From Nitrospirota bacterium (GTDB taxonomy: Bacteria > Nitrospirota > UBA9217), in assembly GCA_963749655.1 (NCBI GenBank), contig CAVVOB010000028.1, positions 277,069 to 341,068 of the forward strand: 64,000 bases of DNA. Reading direction: 5' to 3'. The notes beneath the pieces are model-generated. The model searched no databases, was not told the origin of the DNA, and was given only the letters and a program-made list of their open reading frames with translations. This document shows positions 10,002 to 21,031 of the stretch, in pieces. Each line of letters opens with the position of its first letter. Positions within the stretch are counted from its first letter, which is position 1. The position numbers and the translations under genes are program-made.

Positions 10002-10949
10002 ATGTTTCGATTCAACACCGAACAAAAAGTCTTTTCTCTGGGCGGCATGAAGGTCGGCGGACAGCCGGCCGAGAACCCGCCGCTCCTGATCGCGTCCATG
10101 TTTCACAACAAGGACCGGATCGTCACGGACCGGAAGGGCAACTTCGACCGTGCGGCGGCAACCGCCCTGATCAAGAAGCAGGAAGAGCTCTCGGCCTCCA
10201 CCGGCATCCCCTCCATGGTGGCCATGGTGGCGAACTCGCCCGAGGAGGCGAAGATCTACATCGACTTCTACCGAGAAACGACGTCCATGCCCTTCGGCAT
10301 CGACATGTGGGTCGCGGAAAAACGCGCCCAGGCCACGGAATACGTCGCGAAGCTCGGCCTCCAGGACAAATTCCTCTACAACAGCATCACGCCCTGGGAC
10401 AAGGACATCAAGGGCCAGGTGCAGAAGCTCAAGGACCTCGGGATCAAGCATGTCGTGGTCCAGGCTTTTGACGATACGGACCAGTCCCCCGCCGGCCGGC
10501 TCAAGTCGCTCGAGAACATTCTGAGTCAGGGCGCCGACTGCTTCGAGACCATCATCGTGGACACCTCGGTCATGAATCTGCCGGCAACGTCGTTCTCACT
10601 CGTCGCCAACCGCATGATCAAGGAGAAGCTGGGCCTCCCCTGCGGCGGCGCCTATTCGAACGGCACGCACATGTGGAAAGACGCGAAGACGATCTGGAGC
10701 CTGGACGGCTTCAAGGCCATGGACGCCGTGGTGCAGGGCATGGCCTCGGCGATCTGGAGCGACTTCAACTTCTACGGCCCTATCGTCACGGCGCCCCGGA
10801 TCTTCCCGGCCGTGGCCGCGGCGCAGGTCCTGCTCTCGACGCTGGTGTACGACGAGACGAAGAAGATCTCGGAGAACGAGAACGTTCCGATCAGGAAATA
10901 TTTTTCCGACTTCCTCGGCAAGCTGACCTCGGGAGCGGCGAGAAAGTAA
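10002..10949 (+). CDS. MtrH-family pterin-dependent corrinoid methyltransferase (MtrH/MtgA-like)
   Basis: F..EQKVFSLGGMKVGGQPAENPPLLIASMF N-terminus; YNSI, GLPCGG, FYGPI motifs. Confidence 0.85.
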   Translation: MFRFNTEQKVFSLGGMKVGGQPAENPPLLIASMFHNKDRIVTDRKGNFDRAAATALIKKQEELSASTGIPSMVAMVANSPEEAKIYIDFYRETTSMPFGIDMWVAEKRAQATEYVAKLGLQDKFLYNSITPWDKDIKGQVQKLKDLGIKHVVVQAFDDTDQSPAGRLKSLENILSQGADCFETIIVDTSVMNLPATSFSLVANRMIKEKLGLPCGGAYSNGTHMWKDAKTIWSLDGFKAMDAVVQGMASAIWSDFNFYGPIVTAPRIFPAVAAAQVLLSTLVYDETKKISENENVPIRKYFSDFLGKLTSGAARK

Positions 10950-11048
10950 AAAAATCCGTGAGGAGTAAGGAGTGAGGCGTAAGGGGATGAATACCATCTC
11001 CTCACTCCTCACACCTAACTCCTTACTCATCGATACTGAGGAGGAACC

Positions 11049-12068
11049 ATGAATTCACGAGAACGCGTGCTGAAGCTCTTCGCCGGCGAGGAAGTGGACC
11101 GGCCGCCCTGCTTCAGCGGCATGGGCAACGTGACCACCGAAGGCCTGAAATCGCTGAACCAGAAGTTTGCGGCTACTCATCTGGACGCGAAGATGATGGC
11201 CGGGGCTGCGGCCTCGACCTACAAACTCTTTGGGTTCGAGTGCGGCGTGGCGCCCTTCGACCTCTGCATTGAGGCCGAAGCCCTGGGGTGCGAGATCAAC
11301 GTCTATGCCCATTCCGAGGACCTGCTGTACCCCACGATCAAGAAAAAGCTCATCCACAGCGAAGCGGAGATGGAGATTGCCGTTCCCGCGGACTTCACGA
11401 AGCGCGGACGGGTGCCGCTCATGGTCGAGGCACTCGGGCTCCTCAAGAAGGACATCGGCGGAAGCGCCGCCGTCGGCACCTACGTGCTCGGACCCTTCAC
11501 GCTCGCGGGGCAGGTGATGGAACTGAACGACCTGCTGAAGCTGTCCTTCAAGAAGCCCGACAAGGTCGGCAAGCTGCTCGATACGCTCACCGGCGCCATC
11601 ATCCAGACCGCGCGGGAATACCAGAAAGCCGGCGTCGACTACATCACGGTCCGCGAGATGGGGGCCACCTCGGACGTGCTTTCCCCCCGGGTGTTCAAGA
11701 GCCTGATCCTGCCCTATCTTAAGAAGATCTTCGAGGCCATTACCGTGCCAAGCGTGCTTCACATCTGCGGCAAGACGAACGACATCGTGCCGGCCATGGT
11801 CGAGAGCGGGGCCAAGGCGATCAGCGTGGACCAGAAGAACGATCTCGCTGAAACGCGCAAGAAACTCGGACCCAAGGCGCTCGTGTTCGGGAACTACGAT
11901 CCCTACAATGTGCTGGTCGCCGGCACGCCGGACCTGGTGCGCCAGACGATCAAAAAATGCATGGACGACGGTGCGAGCGCGGTTTGGCCCGGGTGCGACA
12001 TCTGGCCCACGGTGCCGGCGGACAATTTCAAGGCAATGATGGATGAAGTCAACAATTACAGGAGGTAA
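11049..12068 (+). CDS. Second MtaA/CmuA-type methylcobalamin:thiol methyltransferase
   Basis: PFDLCIEAEALG, GPFTLA, HICG, GNYDP, PGCD. Confidence 0.87.
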   Translation: MNSRERVLKLFAGEEVDRPPCFSGMGNVTTEGLKSLNQKFAATHLDAKMMAGAAASTYKLFGFECGVAPFDLCIEAEALGCEINVYAHSEDLLYPTIKKKLIHSEAEMEIAVPADFTKRGRVPLMVEALGLLKKDIGGSAAVGTYVLGPFTLAGQVMELNDLLKLSFKKPDKVGKLLDTLTGAIIQTAREYQKAGVDYITVREMGATSDVLSPRVFKSLILPYLKKIFEAITVPSVLHICGKTNDIVPAMVESGAKAISVDQKNDLAETRKKLGPKALVFGNYDPYNVLVAGTPDLVRQTIKKCMDDGASAVWPGCDIWPTVPADNFKAMMDEVNNYRR

Positions 12069-12072
12069 TCCG

Positions 12073-12761
<689 letters not shown>

Positions 12762-12765
<4 letters not shown>

Positions 12766-13427
12766 AAGAGGACCTGCGGAGCGAACTCCTGGAGCACGGC
12801 GCCGCGCTCGTGGGCATTGCCGGCCTGCGCGGCTACCTGAGCGGCGAGATAAGCCACCTGGACCGGGCGGTCTCCATTGCCGTCGACCGGCGGCTGAACG
12901 AAGACACCGTCGTCATCCTGGTGAAGCTCCAGAAGCGCGCGGTGCGCTTTCTCAAGTCCCGGGGGTACCGGACGCTGGCCATCCCGCCGGACTCGGACAG
13001 GAAGAAGAACACATTCATCTCGAAGCTCTACTCCCTGTTCAACCACAAGATGGCCGCCACGTCGGCGGGCCTGGGCTGGATCGGGAAGAACGGGCTCCTG
13101 ATCAACCCTGAATACGGCCCGCGCCTGACGCTCGCTACGGTGCTGACCGATGCGCCGCTCGGGCCGGACCGCCCCGTAGAGCAATGCCTCTGCGGTCTGT
13201 GCACGCTCTGCAGGGACCACTGCCCTTCCCGGGCGATCACCGGCGCGGAGTGGTCCCGCACCAGACCCTTCACCGAACTGGTGAAGCTGTCGGAATGCAG
13301 GAGCCACAAGACGACAAAGAGGAAGACCGAGGGAAAGCCGAATTGCGGGTTATGCATCAACATTTGTCCCTTTGGGAGAAAAGAAGTAAATGCGGAATTC
13401 ACCCTGCACGCACGCAAGCACTCGTAA
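12762..13427 (+). CDS. QueG/reductive-dehalogenase-like 2x[4Fe-4S] protein
   Basis: HKMAA..AGLGWIGKNGLLINPEYGPR, CGLCTLCRDHCP, CGLCINICP. Confidence 0.8.
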
Positions 13428-13562
13428 ACGCAGGGCACAAGCGGAATGCGGAAAAGCAAGATGTCATTTCCGCGAAGGCGGGAATCCGGGGTTTTCCTGA
13501 TCTTCATCCGTGTCCATCAGTGTTCATCCGTGGTTTCATAAGTCCATTCTTGGAGGAATTGC

Positions 13563-15548
13563 ATGTCGAAGAAACACAAAGTCATATTCCAGCCCTCGGG
13601 CAGACGCGGCGAGGTTGAAGAGGGGCAGACCCTGCTCCAGGCCGCGCAGTCCCTGGGCGTTGATATCGAAGCGCTCTGCGGGAACAAGAAGGTCTGCGGC
13701 AAATGCAAGGTCCGCATCGAGGAAGGCTATTTCGAGAAGGACAACATCGACTCAGGCATGGCCCACATCTTCCCGCCCGTGCCGTCGCCCGATGAGATGA
13801 AGCACATCAAGCCCCAGGACGGGCCGGGGATCAGGCTCGCGTGCCAATGCGAGGTCCGGGGCGACGTGAAGGTCTTCGTGCCCGAACGTTCGCGGGCCGG
13901 CAAGCAGGTCGTCCGGAAGGCGGCCAAGGAGCTCACGATCAAGCTCGACCCCGCAGTCAAGAAATACAATGTCGCGCTCACAAAACCCTCCCTGCACGAT
14001 ATGACGACAGGAGACTGGGAGCGCGTGCTCAAGTCCCTGGAAGACAACTACGGCCTGAAGGGCCTGACCTTCGACTACCTCGTCTTGAAAGACCTCCAGG
14101 ACACCCTGCGGAAGGGCGAATGGAATGCAACAGCCACGGTCTGGATGGACAAGGAGATCGTCAAGATCGAGCCGGGATTCGTCGAAGCAAGCTACGGCCT
14201 GGCCGTGGACATCGGCACCACCACCTGCGTGGGCTACCTCACGGACCTGAACACGGGCAAGGTGGTGAACACCGAATCCATGATGAATCCCCAGGTGCCC
14301 TACGGCGAGGACGTGATGTCGCGAATCACCTACGCCATGAGCAATCCCGGCGTGGGCCTGGACACCATGCAGAAGGCGATCATCGAGGGCTTGAACGAGA
14401 TCATCGAACGGGTTGTGACGGAAATCAATAAAAACGGTCCCCATCCCGGGTACGTCATCGACGACCTCACCATCGTGTTCAACACGGCCATGCACCATAT
14501 CTTCCTGGGCCTGAATCCGGAGTACATCGGCCGATCGCCCTTCATTCCCGCGGTCCAGAACTCGCTGGACATCAAGGCACGCGACCTGGGCATCAGAATC
14601 AATCCCTCGGCCTACATCCATGTGCTTCCCATCGAGGCCGGCTTCGTAGGCGCGGACAACGTCGGCGTCCTGATCGCCGAGGAACCCTACAACCAGGACG
14701 AGAACGTGCTGATCATCGATATCGGCACGAACGGCGAGCTCCTCCTGGGCAACCGGAACAAGGTCTGCTCCACGTCCTGCGCAACGGGGCCCGCCTTCGA
14801 AGGCGCACAGATCAAGTTCGGCATGCGCGCGGCGCCGGGAGCCATCGAGACCGTGGAGATCGACCCCGTGACCAAGGACCCCCGCTACAAGGTCATCGGC
14901 AAAGCCGACTGGTCCTCCCATATCGAGAAAATGAACGTCAAGGGCCTCTGCGGGTCCGCCATCATCCAGGTCGTGGCCGAAATGTTCAAGGCCGGCATCA
15001 TCGACAAGTCCGGACGGTTCGTGCCGGACCTGGGCACTCCGCGGGTCCGAAGGGACGCTGACGGTAAGCCCGAATACGTGCTTGCCTGGGCAAGCGAGAC
15101 CTCCATCGGCCAGGACGTGACCATCACCCAGGGCGACGTGCGCGCCCTCCAGCTGGCCAAAGGCGCTCTCTATACCGGGGCCAAGCTCATGATGAAACGG
15201 CTGGGCATAACCACCCTCGACAAGGTGATCCTGGCAGGCGCTTTCGGGAGCCACATCGACCGTGAGGCGTCGCTCCTGCTGGGTATGTTCCCGGACTGCA
15301 GCATGGACAAGATCTACGCCGTGGGCAACGCCGCGGGCGACGGTTCGCGCATGGCGCTTTTGAACCGCGGGAAACGAAAGGAAGCCAACGAACGGGCCCG
15401 GTGGGTCGAGTTCGTCGAGATCGCCACGGACCCGGCCTTCGAGAAAGAGTTCATGCAGGCCATGCACATCCCGCATATGAAGGACAAGTTCCCGAACCTG
15501 AAGGCGCTGCTCGAGAAATCGAAGAGTCTTGTGGAGATAAAGGCGTGA
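13563..15548 (+). CDS. ATP-dependent reductive activator of corrinoid proteins (RACo; ASKHA/DUF4445 with 2Fe-2S domain)
   Basis: N-terminal CG..CGKC..RLAC; DIGTT, DIGTNGE, GPAFEG, LAGAFG, GNAA. Confidence 0.92.
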   Translation: MSKKHKVIFQPSGRRGEVEEGQTLLQAAQSLGVDIEALCGNKKVCGKCKVRIEEGYFEKDNIDSGMAHIFPPVPSPDEMKHIKPQDGPGIRLACQCEVRGDVKVFVPERSRAGKQVVRKAAKELTIKLDPAVKKYNVALTKPSLHDMTTGDWERVLKSLEDNYGLKGLTFDYLVLKDLQDTLRKGEWNATATVWMDKEIVKIEPGFVEASYGLAVDIGTTTCVGYLTDLNTGKVVNTESMMNPQVPYGEDVMSRITYAMSNPGVGLDTMQKAIIEGLNEIIERVVTEINKNGPHPGYVIDDLTIVFNTAMHHIFLGLNPEYIGRSPFIPAVQNSLDIKARDLGIRINPSAYIHVLPIEAGFVGADNVGVLIAEEPYNQDENVLIIDIGTNGELLLGNRNKVCSTSCATGPAFEGAQIKFGMRAAPGAIETVEIDPVTKDPRYKVIGKADWSSHIEKMNVKGLCGSAIIQVVAEMFKAGIIDKSGRFVPDLGTPRVRRDADGKPEYVLAWASETSIGQDVTITQGDVRALQLAKGALYTGAKLMMKRLGITTLDKVILAGAFGSHIDREASLLLGMFPDCSMDKIYAVGNAAGDGSRMALLNRGKRKEANERARWVEFVEIATDPAFEKEFMQAMHIPHMKDKFPNLKALLEKSKSLVEIKA

Positions 15549-15840
15549 CACAAATGCGGAATTCGGAATGCGGAGTGCGGAATAGAAAAACAGGATTTGT
15601 AACCACGGATAAACACGGATAAGAACAAGCCCTTCACCCGGTTAAATGATTTTCACTTGTGTTCATCTGTGTGTCCGGCGCAGCCGGACCCGTGGTTGCC
15701 AAAGTCGTTCGTTATGTGTTTTAAAGGTTACCGACGGAACCCCTTCCGGCGGTAATGTGGATGCAGGGGCGGGAAGGTTGACCTTTCCCCGGGCCTTTCC
15801 GCCCCTTCTTCCTTAAACAGATCGAAAAGGAAACAGGTTC

Positions 15841-16158
15841 ATGACAACAGTCGTCGTACACTCGGGAGCCTGCGGGTTCACGGTCACGATCACGGCAAAA
15901 AAAGGACAGGCAGGCAAGATCGTCCTTTCGCTGGACACGGACTGCGAAATGGTGAAGAAAATGCTCGCAGACATCGCGGTCCTCGACCGCTTCGCGCCGC
16001 TCGCGGGATTCACGACCAACCCCGTGCACCAGGCTGCGGCAAAACATTTGAAGCATGCGGCCTGCGCGGTCCCTTCCGGGATCCTGAAGGCGATCGAGGT
16101 GGAAGCCGGACTCAATGTTGCAAAAGACGCGACCATCGTGTTTGTCACGGAGAAGTGA
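15841..16158 (+). CDS. Small Cys-containing conserved hypothetical protein (DUF6951-like)
   Basis: GACGF, TDC and HAACAVPSGILKAIEVEAGL motifs; AAGGA RBS. Confidence 0.7.
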   Translation: MTTVVVHSGACGFTVTITAKKGQAGKIVLSLDTDCEMVKKMLADIAVLDRFAPLAGFTTNPVHQAAAKHLKHAACAVPSGILKAIEVEAGLNVAKDATIVFVTEK

Positions 16159-16269
16159 CGCTACCGGACGGTTCCCCAGTTGACGATTCGAATCCCGCTC
16201 CCTGCTCATTCTCAAGGGTTGTTCCTGTGATGTGTTATACTTTTTACAGCAAGTCAGGAATGAGGTGTC

Positions 16270-16956
16270 ATGGGAAAATTACTCGTTGTTGCCGCGTACA
16301 CGGCACTCGCGGCTTTCTGGACGCGCTTTGGAATGCACTTTCTGCTGTGGCAGCGCGCCGCGCGCCGGTCAGGAGAATCCTTCTTTCCGAAGCCGAAGCC
16401 GCGTTCAAAGGCCTGCGCGCAAACAGCGCTCGACCTTCTGTTCTTCGGCAGGCTCCTGGTGCGGAACCCGGCCCTGTGGCTGGGAGAATGGGTGTTTCAC
16501 TTCACCTTTCTTCTGGTCCTGCTCCGGCATCTTCGGTACTTCCTGAACCCGGTCCCCTCCTGGGTTTGGAGCATGCAAACGCCGGGATTGATCGCCGGGT
16601 ATATTCTTCCCCTGTCCCTGCTGTACATTCTCGCTGTCCGGTTCCTGTCAAAACGGGAAAAATACTCCTCACCAGCCAACGTGTTTCTGCTGGCAGTGGT
16701 GCTGATCATCAGCACCCTGGGCGTGTTGATGCACGGGTGGCTGAAGCCGAACCTGGTGGACGTAAAACTCTTCGTCCTCGGCCTCGCTGTCCTGAAGCCT
16801 GTCGCGGCCCCGGCAAGTCCGTGGTTCTGGGCCCACTTCCTGCTGGTCCTGGTTCTTGCGGTCTTCGTGCCCACGCACATCTTCTCCGCGCCGCTGGTGA
16901 TGTGGGAGGCGAGGAAGCGGGAGCAGGCGCTGCGTTTGGTGATGCATGAAAAATAA
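16270..16956 (+). CDS. NarI/HdrE/DsrM-like membrane b-type cytochrome subunit
   Basis: About five TM helices with His pairs FH..LRH and AH..TH; adjacent to a CCG-domain Fe-S protein. Confidence 0.72.
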   Translation: MGKLLVVAAYTALAAFWTRFGMHFLLWQRAARRSGESFFPKPKPRSKACAQTALDLLFFGRLLVRNPALWLGEWVFHFTFLLVLLRHLRYFLNPVPSWVWSMQTPGLIAGYILPLSLLYILAVRFLSKREKYSSPANVFLLAVVLIISTLGVLMHGWLKPNLVDVKLFVLGLAVLKPVAAPASPWFWAHFLLVLVLAVFVPTHIFSAPLVMWEARKREQALRLVMHEK

Positions 16957-17093
16957 TGAAAGAGCGAAAGATTCAAGACCCGGAGATTTACCACAGAGAG
17001 CACAGAGATAAAGCAGCTGATCTCGATTTTCTCTGTGAGTCTCTGTGGTTAATAAAGATATTAATCCGGCAATCTTGCCGACTGTATGTTTTT

Positions 17094-18297
17094 ATGAATA
17101 AGAAACGTTCATACAGCCGAGGAGCTTTCCGCGGCCCAGATCATCGAGATCGACGCCTGCACGCAGTGCGGCGAGTGCCTCAAGCACTGCCCGGTGCAGG
17201 ACGTGACCGGCAATTCTACGGTGTCGCCGCCCGAGAAGATCCGCATGTTCCGGGAGTTCCTCCGCTCGACGGACGGGCTCAAGGCGCGGCTCTTCGGACC
17301 GGCTGACGCGGACAAAAAGCTCCTCGACGACTTCACGAAAGCGGTCTACGAGTGCACGACCTGCGGCGCCTGCGGCCAGAACTGCCCGGTCGGCATCTTC
17401 ACCCAGCGCCTCTGGCCCATGCTCAGGAAAGAAATGGTGAAGCGGGGGCTCGGACCCCTCGGCGTCCAGGCAAACATGCCTGCCGCGATCATGAAGAGCG
17501 GCAACCCCTACGACAAGCCTGCGTCGGAGCGGTATGCGCCCTGGTTCCCGGAGCAGGTGAAAGTCGCCGAGAGATCGGAGATCGCCTACTACGCAGGATG
17601 CACCGGCGCATACGAAGCGCAGCCCATGGTCAGGGCGGACGTGCAGGTCCTCCATGCGATCAACGAGCCCTTTACCATGCTGCCCGCCGAGGAAGAGGTG
17701 TGCTGCGGCTTTCCGCTCTTCATCACCGGACAGCACGACCAGCTCAAGGACCTGGTGACGCGGCTGGTTGAAGGATACCGGAGCCGCGGCGTCAGAACGC
17801 TCGTCTGTTCCTGCCCCTGCTGCGTGAACATCATGACCAGGGACTGGCCCCTGTTCTACGGCAGGGAGCTGCCCTTCAGGATACGGCACATCACGCAATA
17901 TGTATCCGACGCGATCAGCGCGGGCAAACTCAGATTCTCGCAGGAGCTGAAGGAACGGATCATCTACCACGATCCCTGCTATCTCTCGCGCGGCGTGGGC
18001 GTTATCGAAGAACCGCGGGCCGTCCTGAGGAGCATCCCCGGTTTAACGCTCCTCGAATTCGAGCGCTCTGGCCTCAACTCCCGATGCTGCGGGTCCGGAG
18101 GGGCAGCGAGAAAGGTCTTTCACGAAAATGCCATTGCCATGGGCAGGCTGACCATCGACGAGGCAGTAGCCAAGAAGGCTGACCGTTTGATCCTGTCCTG
18201 TCCGGCATGCTACGCCAAAGTGAACGAGGCCATGAAAGGGCACAAGAACCAGATCCGGATCACGGACATCATGGAGCTGGTGAGCGGATTGATTTAG
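17094..18297 (+). CDS. HdrD/GlpC-type Fe-S protein with two CCG domains; apparent frameshift just after the ATG at 17094
   Basis: CTQCGECLKHCP, CTTCGACGQNCP, YAGC/CCG/CPCC, HDPC/CCG/CPAC; frame open from 17098, upstream of the GTG at 17194. Confidence 0.87.
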
Positions 18298-18452
18298 ATT
18301 CAGGAGCACGCTTTGCCACGAATTAACGCGAATTTGCACGAATGGACAAAAAATAGAACCCCTGTCAGGCTTGAGGGTTGCTCTCTTCGTGCTGATGTCT
18401 TATAGAGTTGGGAAGCGGTTGATTCGAAATTGTCCGGCATTGAATTCGATCA

Positions 18453-18526
18453 GTCATTCCTGCGAAAGCAGGGATCCAGGTTCCCTCACGAAATGCCGCT
18501 GGATTCCGGGTCAAGCCCGGAATGAC
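18453..18526. repeat. Pair of REP/dRS3-like palindromes (further copies near 13463-13487 and 61471-61495)
   Basis: GTCATTCCTGCGAAAGCAGGGATCC and inverted GGATTCCGGGTCAAGCCCGGAATGAC. Confidence 0.65.
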
Positions 18527-18543
18527 GGCGTGAAGAAAAGAGT

Positions 18544-19803
18544 ATGAGCCACTTTTCGATAAAATGCAGTAAGTGCGGCAAGATCCTCGAGAACGCCTTC
18601 TGCGCCTTCTGCGAGCACTGCAAGGACGCGCTTCTCGTGACGGATTATCACGACCGGCGTTTCGCTGAGCAGGACCGGCCGGGCGTCTGGCGGTTCAACT
18701 GGCTGCCGATTCATGAGGGCCCGGTGCCGCAGACCGGACCGTTGGTGTACCGCTCGCAGGGACTTGCCGCGTCGCTCGGCCTCGAGAACCTCTTCATCGC
18801 CTTCAACGGTTACTGGCCGGAGAAGGGCGCCTTGATCGAGACCTGCACGTTCAAGGAGTTCGAGGCCGCTATCGTGCTCCAGAACGCGCGGGAGAACGGC
18901 GTCGAGGGCCTGATCGTGGCTTCGGCCGGAAACACCGCGCGGGCCTTTGCCCACCTGTCCGCAGTCACGGGCTTCCCGATCGTTATCGTCGTGCCGCGCA
19001 TGTGCATCATGGAAATGTGGTACCTGGAACGGCAGTCCGTGATCCCGACGCTTGCCGTGGCAGACGGCGACTATGCTGACTCCATCGACGTGGCAAAGCG
19101 GATCGCCATGGCTACGGGGTATCCCTTTGAAGGCGGCGTGAAGAACATTGCGAAAAGAGACGGCCTCGGCATCGTGATGCTCGAAGCGGTCTCGAAGATC
19201 GGAAGGCTGCCGGACCATTATGTCCAGGCCGTGGGCAGCGGCACCGGAGCTGTGGGCGGATGGGAGATGGCTGAGCGTTTCTTGAAAGACGGGCGATACG
19301 GTTCGCGTCTGCCGATTCTGCACCTGGGCCAAAACCTGCCTTTTGCTCCCATGCTTCATGCCTGGGAAAAAGGGAGCAGGACCCTGGCCCCTGAAGATCT
19401 TGATCCGGCGCTCATCTCCCGGATCACCACCCGCGTGCTGTCCACGCGGTATCCTGCGTACTCGGTCCAGGGCGGAGTGTACGATGCGCTCTCGGCATCG
19501 AACGGCAGGATGTACGGCGTTGAGAACGATGCGGTCTACAGCGGCATGGATCTGTTCCTCAAGACCGAAGGCATGGACATTGTTCCTGCCTCAGGCGTTG
19601 CCGTGGCAGTTCTCGAGGAAGCCCTGCGCAGGGGCGCTATCAGCAGGAGCGAAACGATTCTTCTGAACATCACCGGCGGAGGAGAAGCGAGGCTGCGGCA
19701 GGACCGGAGGACCTTCGCTGTTGTGCCGAAATACATCTCCAAAAACATCACTGATAAAGAGATCGAGGAGCTCTTGTGCAACAGCCTGAAGAAAAGCTCA
19801 TAG
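18544..19803 (+). CDS. Cysteate synthase (MA3297-type, threonine-synthase-like PLP enzyme)
   Basis: N-terminal CxxC..C, NGYWPEKGA..TCTFKEFEA (PLP Lys), ASAGNT, EGGVKNIAKRDGLG, QAVGSGTG, LNITGGG. Confidence 0.87.
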   Translation: MSHFSIKCSKCGKILENAFCAFCEHCKDALLVTDYHDRRFAEQDRPGVWRFNWLPIHEGPVPQTGPLVYRSQGLAASLGLENLFIAFNGYWPEKGALIETCTFKEFEAAIVLQNARENGVEGLIVASAGNTARAFAHLSAVTGFPIVIVVPRMCIMEMWYLERQSVIPTLAVADGDYADSIDVAKRIAMATGYPFEGGVKNIAKRDGLGIVMLEAVSKIGRLPDHYVQAVGSGTGAVGGWEMAERFLKDGRYGSRLPILHLGQNLPFAPMLHAWEKGSRTLAPEDLDPALISRITTRVLSTRYPAYSVQGGVYDALSASNGRMYGVENDAVYSGMDLFLKTEGMDIVPASGVAVAVLEEALRRGAISRSETILLNITGGGEARLRQDRRTFAVVPKYISKNITDKEIEELLCNSLKKSS

Positions 19804-20979
19804 CCGTTCTGAAAAAGAACAGCGTCGACTTCACGGCGTCGCTTCCTTGCGAGAAGATCAAAACGCTCCTCGAAATGGTCGGCGGCTCTTTCCCTCATGT
19901 TCCGCTGACGCGCGAGGAGGAGGGTGTGGGCATCTGCGCGGGTGCTGCGCTCGCGGGCAAACGGCCGGCCCTGTTCGTCCAGAGCTCGGGCCTGGGCAAT
20001 ATGATCAATGCCTTGCTGTCTCTCACCCAGTTTTACGAACTTCCGCTTGCGATCTTTGTGAGCAGGCGCGGTGTATACAAAGAAAAGATCGAGGCCCAGC
20101 TCCCCATGGGACAGCGGCTGGGCGGCATCCTTTCCGGCGCAGGCATCGGTTGGACCGAGATCAATACGGCAAACGACCTTGCAAAGGTAGAGCAGGAACT
20201 GCCGGAGGTGTATTCGAAAAATCTCGTTCATGCGTTTTTAATGAGCCCGGCGGTGTGGGAAGGGTCCCAGTGCGGAACGACGGAGAAACAAGGCGGAATT
20301 CGGAATTCCCGCGCACTCCGTGCATCCGCACTCGTAAACGCTGGGGACAGGTCGGAATGCGGAAGTGAAACCGCAAAAGCCGGTGCAGACTCCTCACTCC
20401 GTACTCCTCACTCCTCACTGCCGCAACTCACCCGCTACGACCTCATCAAGATCATAGCGCCCTATCTGGAGAACAACGTTGTCGTGAGCAACCTCGGCTG
20501 GCCTTCGAAAGAACTCTATGCGATCAAGCACCAGCCGTCGAACTTCTACATGCTCGGGAGCATGGGGATGGCTAACGCCTATCGGCCTGGGTATCGCGCT
20601 TTCGACGAAGAAGAAAGTTTTCGTGCTCGACGGCGACGGGAGCCTCTTGATGAATCCCGGCACGCTCGCAACAGCAGCCGGACAAGGGCCGAAAAACCTG
20701 ACCATCCTCGCCATCGACAACGGCGCCTACGGGTCCACGGGAAATCAGCCCACTCTTGCCGCAAGCTGCGTCGACCTGGAGCAGGTGGCACAAGGGTTCG
20801 GGATCAGGAATACAGTGAAGGTTTCGGAAGAGAAAGAAATCAACGAAGCGATGAAACAGCAACGGTCAGGATTTACCTTCATTCACATTCTGGCGGTGCC
20901 GGGGAACAAGGACGTGCCGAACATTCCGGTTCACCACCTGGAAATCAAGAAGCAGGTGCAGGAGTTCTTGCGGGGTTAA
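19776..20979 (+). CDS. comDE: Fused sulfopyruvate decarboxylase alpha+beta; one extra base near 20574
   Basis: ComD motifs SLPC, TREEEGVGICAGA, QSSGLGN; ComE motifs NLGWPSKEL, NFYMLGSMG, DGDGSLLMN, DNGAYGSTGNQPT (ThDP motif in the shifted frame). Confidence 0.87.
20293..20364 (+). repeat. ~70 bp dispersed repeat (copies 39176-39250, 61389-61457; diverged copy 13389-13453)
   Basis: Core TCCCGCGCACTCCGTGCATCCGCACTCGTAAACGCTGGGGACAG flanked by CGGAAT. Confidence 0.85.
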
Positions 20980-21031
20980 TAAAGCAGACCGTTAGCAGAC
21001 TGCTTCGCTGTTGTCGAAAGTCATCGCGGCA

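Noticed and set aside
8070-12068. hemE (true uroporphyrinogen decarboxylase)
   Set aside because: Both proteins lack the RQAGR motif, carry HxC/C zinc ligands and sit with corrinoid genes
13752-15551. Long antisense ORFs (also 11055-12413, 34004-35431, 37821-39140, 39304-41169, 62469-63662)
   Set aside because: Shadows of GC3-rich sense genes, with no recognisable motifs
20560-20590. Programmed frameshifting in comDE or other split genes
   Set aside because: No slippery heptamer or stimulatory structure seen; simple indels explain them
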